The notes under the pieces were generated by a model. The model made no database searches and was not told where the DNA came from. It saw only the letters and a list, made by a program, of their open reading frames with translations. Below, one piece after another: positions 48,801 through 61,200 of a stretch of 64,000 nucleotides of DNA (position 1 is the stretch's first letter; each line of letters begins with the position of its first letter). This DNA is from Tubiluchus corallicola (Eukaryota > Animalia > Priapulida), in contig JAQGDQ010000044.1 in the NCBI GenBank assembly GCA_030141605.1, positions 62,001 through 126,000 on the forward strand, in the 5' to 3' direction. Both the position numbers and the translations under genes were made by a program.

Positions 48801-51800
48801 GAAGCTTCATTTTGCTTCGGGTTTTTCCTGCTGCCAAACCCACATCCTTGCCTCGAAGAGCCATCTACTGGATTTAAACATGCTTCACTGTGCTCTTGCA
48901 GACCATAGCAACCAAGATTTGTGCAGTTGCTAAGTGTCTTGTAGAACAGGACAAAAAGCAATGGCTAGCTTTAACAGTGATTTTCTCAAGGTTATGTTTT
49001 TCAGTGCGCAGTGTGTACTTCAACTATAACATGGATTATCTCAGCTTAAAAGTAATATAGAGCGATGAGTTTGGTATCAAAATCATCTTCATGAAATGGA
49101 GATTCAGGATATGTGAAAAGTTAGAAAAGCTGAATTGTCGACTTATGCACGATTTAGCTATGCAAGCACACAAATTAATGTCTTACCACTTAATCCTGAA
49201 AAAAAATCATGTAAATGTCTCACCTCGGCATGTGTGATGTGAGTGAAATTTGTACCATTGCACTGCATTATCTGATCACCAATTTCTAGTCCGGCTTCCT
49301 CAGTCAAACCGCCGCTCCGGACACCTTGCACAAATATTCCGGGACTATGTGGTGGTCCACTAGTAATGCTACAGTTAAAGGCATGCAAATTTTTAACAAC
49401 TAAAGTACATACATAATGACATCCTATTTAAACAATGAAGCAAGTAAGATTTTGAGACACGTTACTCCATCAGACTATAGCCAATCTGGGAAAAGCCTAA
49501 CAGACTGTGTCTTGTCATATTTAATTCCTAATACAGAATTTCAAAACTAAAATGTAATCATTTTCAATGCACGAAGTGCAGCATTTACCATAAGCGCAAA
49601 AATGATTTACATGAAGCTGTAAAACAGCTAAAAACAATCCTAAAAATGTGCTCAATGTATATTACAAATAACACACATTGATAGTTTTAATTTTGAGGTA
49701 CTTTCAATTTAATAGGTAAACAATTAGCATTATTACCAAGAAGTAACATTTTTCATCTCTAAATTTAAATCCAGATCAAATAATTAAACTGAAAGCTCAT
49801 CTACATCTAATTAGTATATTTACTTGTAATCCTATTATCATTATTTGTGTTTTATTACAGGCTGCTAATCCTAGCATCTGATTGACGAGACAGAGTGGTG
49901 CAATAGAAAAGGTCTATGAAAATGTGGAAATAAACTGTAAGAAATAACTAGAAACAGAAATAGAACTGTTTGGTGTGATTTAAAATTCATTGCAAAGTTT
50001 TTAATGTAAAAGCGCATTCTCAAGACTACCTGGGACTCCTTTTCAGAAAGAGTCAAACAATTTCTCGTAGAATCATGATACGAGTACTCAAAAATTCATC
50101 CAGGAAATTAAAATTTATAAACCAAAAACTGAGTAAAAGTTTCCAACTTTTATGAATAAAATATTTTACTTATAAAATTTTAATAATAATTATACAAGCA
50201 ATTGACAGGCAGTTTACAATTCTTTTTCACTATTTTATAAAGCTGAAGAATCTTAATTTTATAAAACTGAAGAACCTTAATGAGACTGACCTAATTGCAA
50301 TTTCTGAGGGTAAACTGATCATATGAATCTAGGCTCATATTAATCACTAACCATTATAATCCTAACGGTCAAGATAATTACTAATAATGTTACAGACCCA
50401 TATTTAATTAAATTTTGATATCAAACTTGAAAGATACGAAATGTAAAAATTTAGTACAGCCTGGAATTGAACCAGCAATCTTTTGCATTACCAATTTAAG
50501 CAGAAGGTCCTTGTTTCAAATCCGTGCTGTATACTAACTTTTTCATATTTTCTGTCTTTTAAGTTTGGTACCATAATCTAATTAATTGTGGGTTCGTAAT
50601 ATCACTAGGCTCGTATGGACATTTGAAACTCTATCAGGATTTGAACAGGTGATCTAGAATATGAATAACCTTACCTGCAACCTAGACTATTACCGATCAC
50701 ATTGATAAATACTTTGACATCACGTTGGTACTTCGGATTAGTTTTGTCAATCTCCACGTACTTCCACGTAACCGGATCTCTTGCGCTCCTAAAACAAACA
50801 AATCATTCGAAATGATGCCAATAAATGAACTGCATAAAGAAAAACAGCCACGACAAACTTGTGTCTAATGTATTTTGAGAAAGATCACATCATGTACACT
50901 ACAGAAATCATGAAGTGAGTTTATTTATCATCATTACAACCAAAAGGTTGAATTACTGCACAGCATAAAATTACAAAAATATGACATATTTTGTGTATAT
51001 ACGTATATATAGTATTTGCTACCATCTGAAATACTCCTTACTTAGATGCAAAACAGAGAGATTCAAGAACAGAGAGATTTATCTCATGTGTTTATTTAAT
51101 TTCTAAACTTAAGTTTAGACTCATTTTAATTCATTTCATTCATGTATCTTGCAACAGTGTAATAGTACTCTTTGTCATATGTTCTTATTCTTTTCTTTTA
51201 AAATACTTGTATTCTTTTAAAATTTTTATATATGGAAATCATTAGTAGTTGCTTGCGTTTAAAGACTAAAAATACTACTTACAATTTGTAGGGCAGCATT
51301 CCAACACCTAAATAAGCAAATAAATAATAATGAGTGGACAAATCTACGTACTTTAATTATATATCATAACATTTAAATAAAAAACATGTTTTAACATATA
51401 AAATATATAAATCTACAGTGGCGACTCGTGGGGGTGCTGCTTCAGAAAATTTTTGCCCATTGTTTTAATATTGTGTAACAAACATATGTAATTTTATTGT
51501 TGTAATTATATTTGAAGATCAGGTGTTGAAAGGCTTCTTTTCTTAACTGCAGCTTTCTCATGGAGAGACAATTGTGAAAAATTAAGCTGTTGTAGTTCAC
51601 TTACAGTCACAGAACTTATTTCTTGAGAAAGCAAGGCGGCGCCCATTGTTAAACAATTTATGTTTTATGCGCACACGCTAAGTTTACACTTTTATCAGAT
51701 CAAAGAATATGAGGGTACACGGTAAGCATGTGGCAATTGTTACTGTGTTCGGAGACAGTACTTTTCTAACTACCAGCAGACGTTAGCGTACAGCATGCTA

Positions 51801-54800
51801 TCTCAGACACGTGCGCATGGCTGCAAGCGCATAACAGCCAAACACCACGTGTCTTGGGATGTGAAACAAATTTTACTGCCCTCATGTGCTCCGGTTCCAC
51901 ACATGTATAAAAAAAGAACTAAAGAAAAATAATTATTATACCGAATATTATCAATAACAATGAATGAAAACAGGGGGCGCTGCAGTACCACAGTACCTAT
52001 ACATGAGCCGCCACTGTAAATCTACATCAGTTTTATTTAATTTACTCGTCAATATCATATATATCATATGCCCATTACGTCTATTGTAGACATTCGGCAG
52101 ACAGAACTAAAATAAAACAATGACAGGTAAACACAACAAGCCAAGTCACGGCCCTAATACAGGAAATACAGAAAATCATATTTGATGTTTGAAAAACACT
52201 TGCTGTGATAAGTGCAGTCATCTGATTTGATGACTCGAGTGCTCGCTGCTTTGTTAAATGAATATCTCAGCAAACTGGCATTTTTATAGCCAGTATTGAA
52301 TAGGGTAGTGACAATCACGTTTAACTAAATAACACCTGAAATATCTCACACCTTTTTGACTATTTAAACGTTCCCATGAATGACTATACCATAATTTCCA
52401 TCCTGAGCAACGTCTTGTTAAAAAGAATTACATATCCTGTATTCTCCCTCTTAACAGGTATTACGTAGCTGTTGCAAAGATTTCCCATAGTGGAAGTGAT
52501 AAGATGCAAAATGTGAAATGAATGCTGTAATCTTGCACATGAACTTAGTCGTACTTCTGAAGGGTAATCAACAGGGTCGTTTTTAAGCCAATTAGAGAGA
52601 TTTGTTCAAATTGGGCCCCGCGCCAAGAGGGACCTTGTACACACCCGAGATGAAGACACTATGATGAATTGATGAGTGTCCAGTGTGCATGAAGTTTCTT
52701 GATACTGTGAAGAAGGGAAACCATTCAGTCTGTCCTCGTATATCTGTGTTTCAATATGTTTTTGCTAATTTTTTATTTGTTTTGTAATTTCAGTTCATCG
52801 TCGTCATTTACATTTTAAAAAATGTAACTGACAAACCTTCTTATTAGTTAGATCGTCATTGGATATTAATTTTACTAATTTGTGGACGATATTCCAGCCC
52901 TCAACACAAATTAAAAAATGCCTACGGTCAACAATTTCAAAGAAACTAAACAATCTGATGATGCTATCCATAAAAAAATGACATTATAAAAACCAGTGAC
53001 TTTGAAACGATTTTGAAAGATTTCAAGAGTAATAAAGCCAGAAATCTCTGTTTTTAAAAGGCCAATGCACAAAAAGTATGCCAGTAATTATCTTTACTTA
53101 TAATTAAACATTAAAACTTTCATATGGGCTTTAAATTTTTAGTATATTATCATGGCTAATGATGGAACCTCAAGCCCTCAACACTTTTTTTCAACCCTTT
53201 TTGCCTGAGACTGGCATAACACACGAAGCACAGAATAGCAATCTTTGGCTTTTGTAGGGTAAATGGCCCCACTAACGATTTTCTGATTGGGCCCCGCACT
53301 TCTTAGCACCAGCCCTGGTAATTAATGTTGCAAAAACCACAAGACGCTATGTTACCCATGAGGATCTTGCTACTAAATTTAGCTTCATTAACATAAACAA
53401 TTTAGAGCTTTAAATAATAACTCAAATTTAAAAGGATTAAATTAATCAATAAACTTCATTAAATTACCTCTAACTTTGAGAATAACATTCGGCCTTTGCT
53501 TGATGATGTTCAAAGCTTCTTCATGAGTACATTTGTCCAATGCATAAGTGTTCACTCTGACGATGTGGTCTCCAACCTAAACAGTGGAAGATAAAAGCAA
53601 CACTTAGATAAACAGCATTAAAATAATTATTGAAAAATCAGTCACTTTTGCACGAATAAATAAACCTTTGGTTAACATTAAATGTCACTGGAATTCGAAC
53701 CCAAGACCTTCTGTTGTCCAGGCAGCTATGCTAACTAAGTTAAGCTTACGTCTTAAATTTTTTTAAACCTTTTAATTTAGTATTGCTTTTAATTTAGTTC
53801 ATAGAATTAAACTTGTACTATGTCTTGATGCAATTAGGAATGTGATTCCTCGTTGACAGGCCTGTAGTGGTTTATAGTGTAAATTTCTTGTCTGAAAAAC
53901 TGGTGCGTCTGTGGTGTAATAGCCACCATAGCTGCTCAGAATGTGGAAGGTACTGGGTTCAAGTCCAAGCGAGGTAAAAAAATGTTTATACGTCTACATT
54001 GGTATTGCTTTTGTATGTTCACAGAATTACTAAATAAAAATACAATAAACTTACTTCAAAAAAGTCACATTAGATGTGAGAAGAGAAGATAAAAAAACTA
54101 TTACCTGTAAACCTTGATTGTGAGCTTGAGATTCACGTATAACTTCAGAAACGTAGATTTCAGTGCCATGTTCAGCACCTGCAAGACATGCATAAAAGTT
54201 GAAAACATTTAGAATAAACTAAAAAAGTTATAAAAACAGTACACAAAATTGAAAAATCTTAAGCTGTCAAAGACATCTGTTTAAAACTATGTTTATATAG
54301 TTTAGTCAGAAAGAGCTGAACTTTTTCAGCCATCAAATACCCTTTCTTCTAACTTCAGCTAAAACTTACTTCTCTCGGACAGAAAAAATACTTCCTTCAG
54401 CCACAAAATGAACTCTTTTTTAGTCAGAATGGAATTTCTTTTGGACAGAATATAAAAAATTTCATTTAACCAAATAACATACTTCTTTCAGCTAACAAAT
54501 AATCATTCTGCAGCCAGAAAATAAACTTCTTTTAGTTGGAATGTAGCCAGACACTAAATTCTTTAACCCAAAAAATAAATGTTCCTCTCACAAAAAATGA
54601 AATTTCTCTCAGCCAGAAATTGAACTTTCATCAGCAAAAAGTGAAATTCCTTCAGCCAGAAACTAAATGTTCTTTAAATAGCCAGGAAGTGAACTACTTT
54701 TAGCCAGAACATTTTCCTGCCCAGATTTAATAAAATCAGCATTCATAGGATTGGCATTCACCAGTTTCTGCAAAAACTGATATTGTGTCTTGAGTTCCAC

Positions 54801-57123
54801 CCTCAGTAAGCTCTACTCCACGTCAGCTCTACCCTTTGCCCAAATTTTGCATCACAGTTTTTGATACATTACTGGGCTTCTTTGTGAATCTTTGTACAGG
54901 TACTGGATGATCAATGTTACAGAATAAACTAGCTTGGTGGTTCACAGCAAACTATTGATCACGTACCAGCTAGTGATATTTACATCATGGCTGCAGTTTA
55001 CCTGCTAATTAGTCAACACTACCTGCTACACACCTGATCAATACCTGTGCACACCTGGCCTACAAAGCTTTCACCTAGATATAGTCCATCCATTGCTAAT
55101 TAGGGGGGATTATAGACATTATGGGTGTAAAACATGGCAAAGTTGCAGACAGCAAAGGAGCATTAGCATTAAATATTAATTTGATAGCAAATTAATTATT
55201 AAAATACTAGACACGTGTTGCCTGAAGAACAAGACATGTCATATCTGTTTTAGCTTATGCAACACACAGTTCTTTGTTTTACATTTCTCATTTTAATGTA
55301 ATTTTACATACTAAACTACAGCCAAAATTTAAAATAAACTATTTTAACATTAAAGTATATCGATGCTCAGCTGAAGTAACCAATAAAAGGAAGAAAAAAT
55401 TCTGTTCTGCAACAAAATCAAGAAGTACTGAAAGCTAGAAGTTTGATTTACAGAAAGTAGAAAACTATGCGTAAGGAAAGCTTAGGAGTCAAAGGTTCGT
55501 AAAAAGAAAAGTAATGTCAGACATCGACACTGAATGCTAAATAAAGTCAACACTACAGGGAATTTTAAGGATGAAAGAAGTGCTGACTATACCAAAAAAC
55601 ACATACACAGCAGTTATTAAATCAGCAAGCATGTGCTTAAACATATCCGGTTGTCGTAACATTATTTTGCTAAGAAATACATTTTAATATCTATTAGCTA
55701 TGTGAAAACTAGTTTGGAAAACAAAAATTCTCGATGCACGAAATATTCCCATTGCATAATGACACAATAAGGTGAGAAGATAATATTATTACAAATTAAT
55801 GGCAATATTATTCAAGATGTAATTACAGCAAGTTTGCTATCCATTACACAGTATAAACACTGTTAAATGTCAACCGTGTCTTAGCCTGCACGTTATTATG
55901 GTTCTACAAGGCCTGTCTCAGTAACTGGTGCAACAAACAGAAGATAATCTAGATCTTAAACTTAGAATACTTGTTGTTCTATAGTGACATGCGTGTTTTT
56001 AATATTATAACATATTTTTGACAACTAGTCAAAACACGAAATGTGTACGGTCAAATTTATAAGTCAATTTCTAAACAAGTCTTGTAACTAATAACTTGTA
56101 TTCAGAGTAACTTAGTTTAAGAGCGTGACCTACCACCCCGTATGCTAAATCCCAGTCCGTCACCTTTCACGGTGAGCCTAATGACCCTCAAGCGAGAATT
56201 TGGTGACCTGGGAGAGATCTCGTCATACTCTCTCTGATGCTTGAGTGGAATGAGAGGCCTGAAAATATGAAAATAAATCTATGGTTATATTTAACTTTAA
56301 TGACCATATATCATAGGATATGTTAATACATAAAACTGACAAAAGATAAATAATAACAACATGGTGTCTGCTTGCAGAAAAATTATTTACCAACATATGT
56401 TGCTACTGAGAAGTATATCTAACCAATACTTAGGAAAAATAATTAGAACACGATGCTTACACAACCATGGTGTTAATCAATGCAAATTAAATAATAACGT
56501 TGACAAGTTTTTCCAAACACTTTCCACATAATAAATCGTTATTACGTGATAAACACTCTGATTGCTTCATGTTTCAGTGGACAATTTTGACACCTTTATT
56601 ATTTATTATTCATACAAAATTAAACAGTGTTTCTTTACTGGTTACCCCTCTATCACTGCCATCTTGTAAGTGTCCATAATGGCTTTCTTCAGTGTCCCAT
56701 TATTTGTAAGTAAAACACAGACCACATTTAAATTCGAAAATTACGTATCATCATTAACTAAAGCGACTATGGTCAAAATTATGCAAAATGACACAAATGA
56801 TACTATCCTTTTCTGACAGTAAAATTATCAGGTATCCAAGATCGGAATGAGGCAGCAGCTGGCCACACGCCCTACTACTATTTTAAATATTTTTTCTCAG
56901 GTAAAAGACATCTGTCATTTCAGAAACTTCAGAGACCATTTGATGCGGATACCATCTCATCCACATGTGTATTATCAAATGTGCTATAACAATCACCATC
57001 ATGTCAAGTTATACCTAATTAAAGAGAATACATACTAACCTGATGTAGTCAAATAAAGGCAATTTCTTTGGATGATTAACAATAAACTTCAATTCTTCGA
57101 CTAACTGCTTCACAGACATAGTA
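39856..57123 (-). CDS. USH1C: Harmonin (USH1C) orthologue: N-domain + PDZ1-3 + C-terminal PBM; first exon(s) uncertain
   Basis: Phase-consistent exons 5' to 3': 57040-57123 (TMSVKQLVEELKFIVNHPKKLPLFDYIR), 56134-56258 (PLIPLKHQREYD...GLGFSIRG), 54105-54178, 53468-53576 (VGDHIVRVN...CTHEEA), 51283-51307, 50675-50788 (PVTWKYV...KVFIN...LGCS), 49224-49368 (ITSGP..PGIF..GLEIGDQI), 47429-47485, 46345-46805, 45835-45971, 45584-45684, 43904-44027, 43730-43742, 43587-43626, 42442-42567 (less sure), 41711-41764 (QLSGKEV), 41382-41487 (ALEGGTDS), 40793-40902 (GGLKKGDQLLMVNG), 40382-40425, 39856-39868 (TYL*). Matches recalled human harmonin motifs. Confidence 0.93.
40971..41348. mobile_element. MITE family X, copy 3, in a USH1C intron
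   Basis: aatacgccttttcacagtt ... aactgtgaaaaggtttatt; interior shared with copies 1 and 2. Confidence 0.85.
44823..45271. mobile_element. Kolobok-like non-autonomous element
   Basis: TTAA-aggggaagaaaag ... cttagttgccct-TTAA; homologous to 29582-30077. Confidence 0.72.
46941..47335. mobile_element. Degenerate hAT-like MITE
   Basis: caggtccatcttaa ... ttaagatg ends with GC-rich subterminal blocks; no clear TSD. Confidence 0.45.
50383..50605. repeat. Inverted repeat made of two tRNA-B-box-containing arms
   Basis: Left arm ...aaacttgaaagat...gtacagcctggaattgaacc pairs with right arm tttcaaatccgtgctgtatac...tcttttaagtttgg... Confidence 0.65.
51416..52016. mobile_element. hAT-type MITE
   Basis: TIR cagtggcgactcgtg / catgagccgccactg; perfect 8-bp TSD taaatcta. 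Confidence 0.93.
52572..53317 (+). mobile_element. Internally deleted hAT transposon with a transposase dimerisation-domain remnant
   Basis: caggg...ccctg ends; 8-bp TSD gtaatcaa / gtaattaa; about 52914-52975 translates to KKCLRSTISKKLNNLMMLSI, resembling the hAT C-terminal LRSTMxxxRLxxLxxLxI motif. Confidence 0.85.
53685..53975. repeat. Two divergently oriented tRNA-derived fragments
   Basis: Minus-strand B-box GGTTCGAATTCC at about 53690-53701; plus-strand A-box TGGTGTAATAG at about 53912 and B-box GGTTCAAGTCC at about 53957. Confidence 0.55.
54300..54725. repeat. Degenerate minisatellite (about 25-bp unit, tt(c)agccagaaa...aactt)
   Basis: Recurrent tcagccagaa / ttagtcagaa motifs at regular spacing. 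Confidence 0.7.
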
Positions 57124-57903
57124 CTGAAACAAACAATATTTTAATTAACAAACAAAACTAAATATAATTAATTATTTACAACCGTCATTAATAAAAAAGG
57201 CCTACAGTTTTTTAATGACATTTTTTTTATGGTAATGCAGCATGTCAAGCCTGTGCACCTCTCCAACAACAGGGCTTAGGCTTAATTATTATGATGACAG
57301 TGTGGCAAGACTGGAGACTGTCTCATCATCAAGGATGGTTCTCTGGATATTGATATCTTTCCTTTCACAGACAGTAAGATTTGCATGATGTTAGAAAATT
57401 AGGACAACTGAAAACATGTAGGACCCACGCAGCCAAGATGTCACTTCTGAACAGAATTACGAATCACTATTACTTGCTCATTACTGTATCAATCATTTTC
57501 TGTCTGTTTCTAGTTTAGGATGTTCTGGAGAACAGAGATCTAGCTGCAGACTTTATCAGCAGTCATTTCAAATCAATGGTTCTCATTTAGCTTACCGTAG
57601 TGATTTTGCTGTAGTTTTACAATTTTCAATTCTGTTTGATAATTATAACATACGAGTTGGTGCCACACACAGTTTAGGTTTTACATTTTTTTTAACTTTT
57701 ATCCGTGTGCGGTTCAGGGAAGCGGGTTAATGGGCAGTTTTGTTTCCTTGCTGCTTGGAGAGTTGGCTCCCTGTTGTTACTGGCACAGGCCCCTGGCTGT
57801 TAATGTTAAGTTTAAACAATTTTTCTTTTTTGAGCGGATAATATAATAAAATATAATCAGTAATCAGATAAATCAGTAATGTCAAGTATACATTTACTGA
57901 TGA

Positions 57904-58138
57904 ACAATACAATACAATACAATGCAATACATTACAGTACAGTACAGTACAGTACAATACAATACAATACAATACAATACAATACAATACAATACAATAC
58001 AATACAATACAATACAATACAATACAATACAATACAATACAATACAATACAATACAATACAATACAATACAATACAATACAATACAATACAATACAATAC
58101 AATACAATACAATACAATACAACACAATACAATACAAT
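57904..58138. repeat. (AATAC)n microsatellite
   Basis: About 45 pentamer units with AGTAC variants; source of the spurious YCIVL/QYNTI ORFs. Confidence 0.98.
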
Positions 58139-59309
58139 GTACATGTGTAGAAAACCACACATTACACAACAGTGTAAGTAAAAATTATATTTATAAGGAG
58201 CTAATTTTTTTTTAAATTTACAATTATGAACTGTACAACATGTTAATGCAAATGGTCGAGGTTTTTAAAATACATGTACATATTCATTGCAAATCAAATG
58301 ACAGAATAAAATTACTAGGCCCACAAACATGGCTAGATCTCTGACAGGCAAGTATACGCCGCAGCCTAGTGTCCGCTTTGGTGACATTTAGTAAAAAAAT
58401 ATATGCTTTTTTCTCACTACAGTTGTGTTGAAATATGTGCTAATTTGGTTTGCAATAAATAATAAAACAGTGGTATTAAATTTTCTTAAGAACATTCGTA
58501 TTCACAAGCAAAAGATAGCTACTATATTTAAAGAATTCGCGTTACGTTTATTTTAAGCTATGTGAACGTCGCTAAAATATATCACGAGTAAAAAATATTC
58601 AGCGCGGGTGCGGGCAAGTTAGAAGGCCAGTTTGAGGCGGCCCCATAATTCCTAAGGGCCCGAAAAGATCATAATCTGGTCCTTCCCACAAACATTTGCT
58701 ATAACAATAATGAATATAAGCCGAACGTGTCAGAGAGCCTGGTGGAACGTTCCGGAACAATCTTGCAAAATAATTATAACAGTTATACAGCAATGCATGA
58801 TCAGTGATGAACCTGATAAGGCAGGACGTTCAACTCCCAGTTGTAAAGTGCAAAAAAATTCACAGCCCTCACGGGTGCGGAACCTTGCTACAGTCGAAAA
58901 AAAGAGGAAGACTGAATTGTACTGTATCTAGTGAGTTTTAGGTTGGACGCGATAATAAGAATTTACCATCGCTAATGGGGGTCAAGATAAGAAGTGAAAG
59001 GGTGGAAACAAACACACAAACCCAGTTTAACGTTCTATAAAATGAAAGACACCGCTATTATATTGCCCAATAACTCAATTTTGCAATGATTTTATCAGCT
59101 TGCAAACATTGATTGAAAAGCAAAACTGTTACAGACACGTGCGAGGAATCATAATTGTGATAGGGTAACGTTAATTTTAAATTACACTGCACTATTATAA
59201 TTTTCTTTCTACATTTTTGTGGAAGGCGTAGTCAAAAAATACATGTATCCGCCCCCGTTAAGGTGTAAAACGAATTAAAAAGTTAAGAGCCATGAGGTGA
59301 TAAAAATGT

Positions 59310-59460
59310 CACTCGGCTACGATTCGAATCCAAGACTCTGAGTCAGTATAAATGAAAATGTTTACAAAGTTAAAGATGATAAACATATGAATCCACTGGG
59401 ATTCGAACCCAAAAGCTCGAGTGTAGTAGTGTAAACAGCTCTATCAGATTAACCGATATT
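59310..59460 (-). repeat. Tandem tRNA-derived B-box fragments
   Basis: gattcgaatcc (59321) and gggattcgaaccc (59398) are minus-strand B-box-like motifs. Confidence 0.45.
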
Positions 59461-61160
59461 ATGCTCATTTCTCAATACACACTCGTTACTACCAACACGA
59501 AACACAAAATTACCAGATAAAAAGCAAGAAACACAAGGCGAAAAATCTCATTTGGTGGCGACAAGATTTTGCTTAGAAGTACAAACACATACAAATATAA
59601 CATCACCTACGCTAATTCATTTCAAAGCCTGCTACCTGACCCAGTAGTACGTGCAACTTGGAGTCTGGAGACACACGTACACATGAACAATAACATTATG
59701 CAATTATGTTAGGAATTTAGCTCTTAGACATTATATTGCAGGTCATAGTGAAAGCTTAATCACCAAAGCCGGAAACACTAGACATGCGTACACACAAAAC
59801 TAATCTCCCGCTTGGAATAAGTCAAAAGACACACAACACAGACCCAGGTGTACAAAAGTACCGATAAGAAGAAATTAATTGTATCAGAATAATACTAAAC
59901 ACCTGTACTGATCAGCTGAACTATATACCACAAATAACAGGTCACTCCCAAAAAACAGACATCTCAGCGATATGGATAACTTATTTTTTTTATTACAGTT
60001 ACGCCTTTTTCAAGCCAGATAGAAACTCTACACTGGGCTGGGCCTGCTTACGGTAAATAGCTGTGACGGAACTGGAATCTAGCACATTTGCCCATGACAA
60101 TCGTTTAACATGAGATAGTTATGTTTGGATGCTTATATATCCTTGATGGGAGAAATAGCAAGTGCAGTATTCAATGGAATCGCCAAAAGCAGTTTCACTG
60201 TCAGTACCCATCCATTGACAGATCAAAATCAACACACACTTGCACACCACTGCCATTTATTAGGAAAATGGTACAATAAATCTCCGGGAAACTTACTATA
60301 ACAATATGCAATGAAACAATAACAATTTTCAATGTTTTTGCAGTACAGTTCTTATTTAAGATTTTTTAATATGCAATTGTTGCAAGTCTTATATCACAAC
60401 TCAAGTGTAAGCTTTTACAATTTAAACCCTCCCTACAGCTTGTACCACACAATTTAATTTTATGAGTTATACCTAAATGTTTACAATCAACAACGCATAT
60501 ATAGGCTGTGCCTCTACCTGCAAAAACAGCTATAAAAGCTTAGTATTGATTATTTGTAGCATGGGAACATGTCAAGGCGAATGCGCATTAGAAACTTGTT
60601 AAAAACTAATAATTATTCGTAGTTTGAGCAATTATTTACGCTAAGGAAAGCAACAGATAACTGTCAGGAATTCAGAATGTTCCCCTCCTACTGAGCAAAT
60701 CATCCATAGCATAAAACTACGACAAGGCCAGTGAAACAAATAATTAGAGACACACAAGAGAGTAAACTGCAAAAGCGGACTACTAAGAGTACTCAAGGTA
60801 GGCTTACTCCTGCAAGCACGGTCGCTGACGTACACAGCAATACAAACATACTACATTCGGAGAAGGCCCCTTAACAGAAAGCGTGAACTTTGACGAAACA
60901 CTGCAAGCCTATTTTATTTACCTTTTTATCTATACAAAGAGAAAAACAATTGAATATAATACATTAATTCATCTACATATAACAGGGAACCTTACTTCCT
61001 ATTACTGTATATTTATAATACACCTTCCCCCAGCTGTCTATATTCAACGAACTTTTTTCATGTTAAATTTGAAAAAAAATATAAATGAAAATTCTCTGAA
61101 CTGTTTGCATGGAGTAATTATTAGCTAGGCATTGTGTTACTTGTGCTGTTTGATTATTTC

Positions 61161-61200
61161 CGGCCCCGATGAAGGTCCGTTTGGACCGAAAAGGGTCAGC
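61161..61200 (+). ncRNA. Degenerate minimal hammerhead ribozyme motif (Penelope/retrozyme-type remnant)
   Basis: CCGATGA-A-GGTCC-gttt-GGACC-GAAA-agg-GTC: core boxes flank a perfect stem II. The first box has C in place of the conserved U and stems I/III are weak. AATAAA follows at 61217. Confidence 0.55.

Noticed and set aside
53905-53975. Functional tRNA gene
   Set aside because: A and B boxes are present but the acceptor and anticodon stems do not pair well; treated as a tRNA-derived repeat.
57727-58215. ORFs with YCIVL / QYNTI repeats
   Set aside because: They are translations of the (AATAC)n microsatellite.
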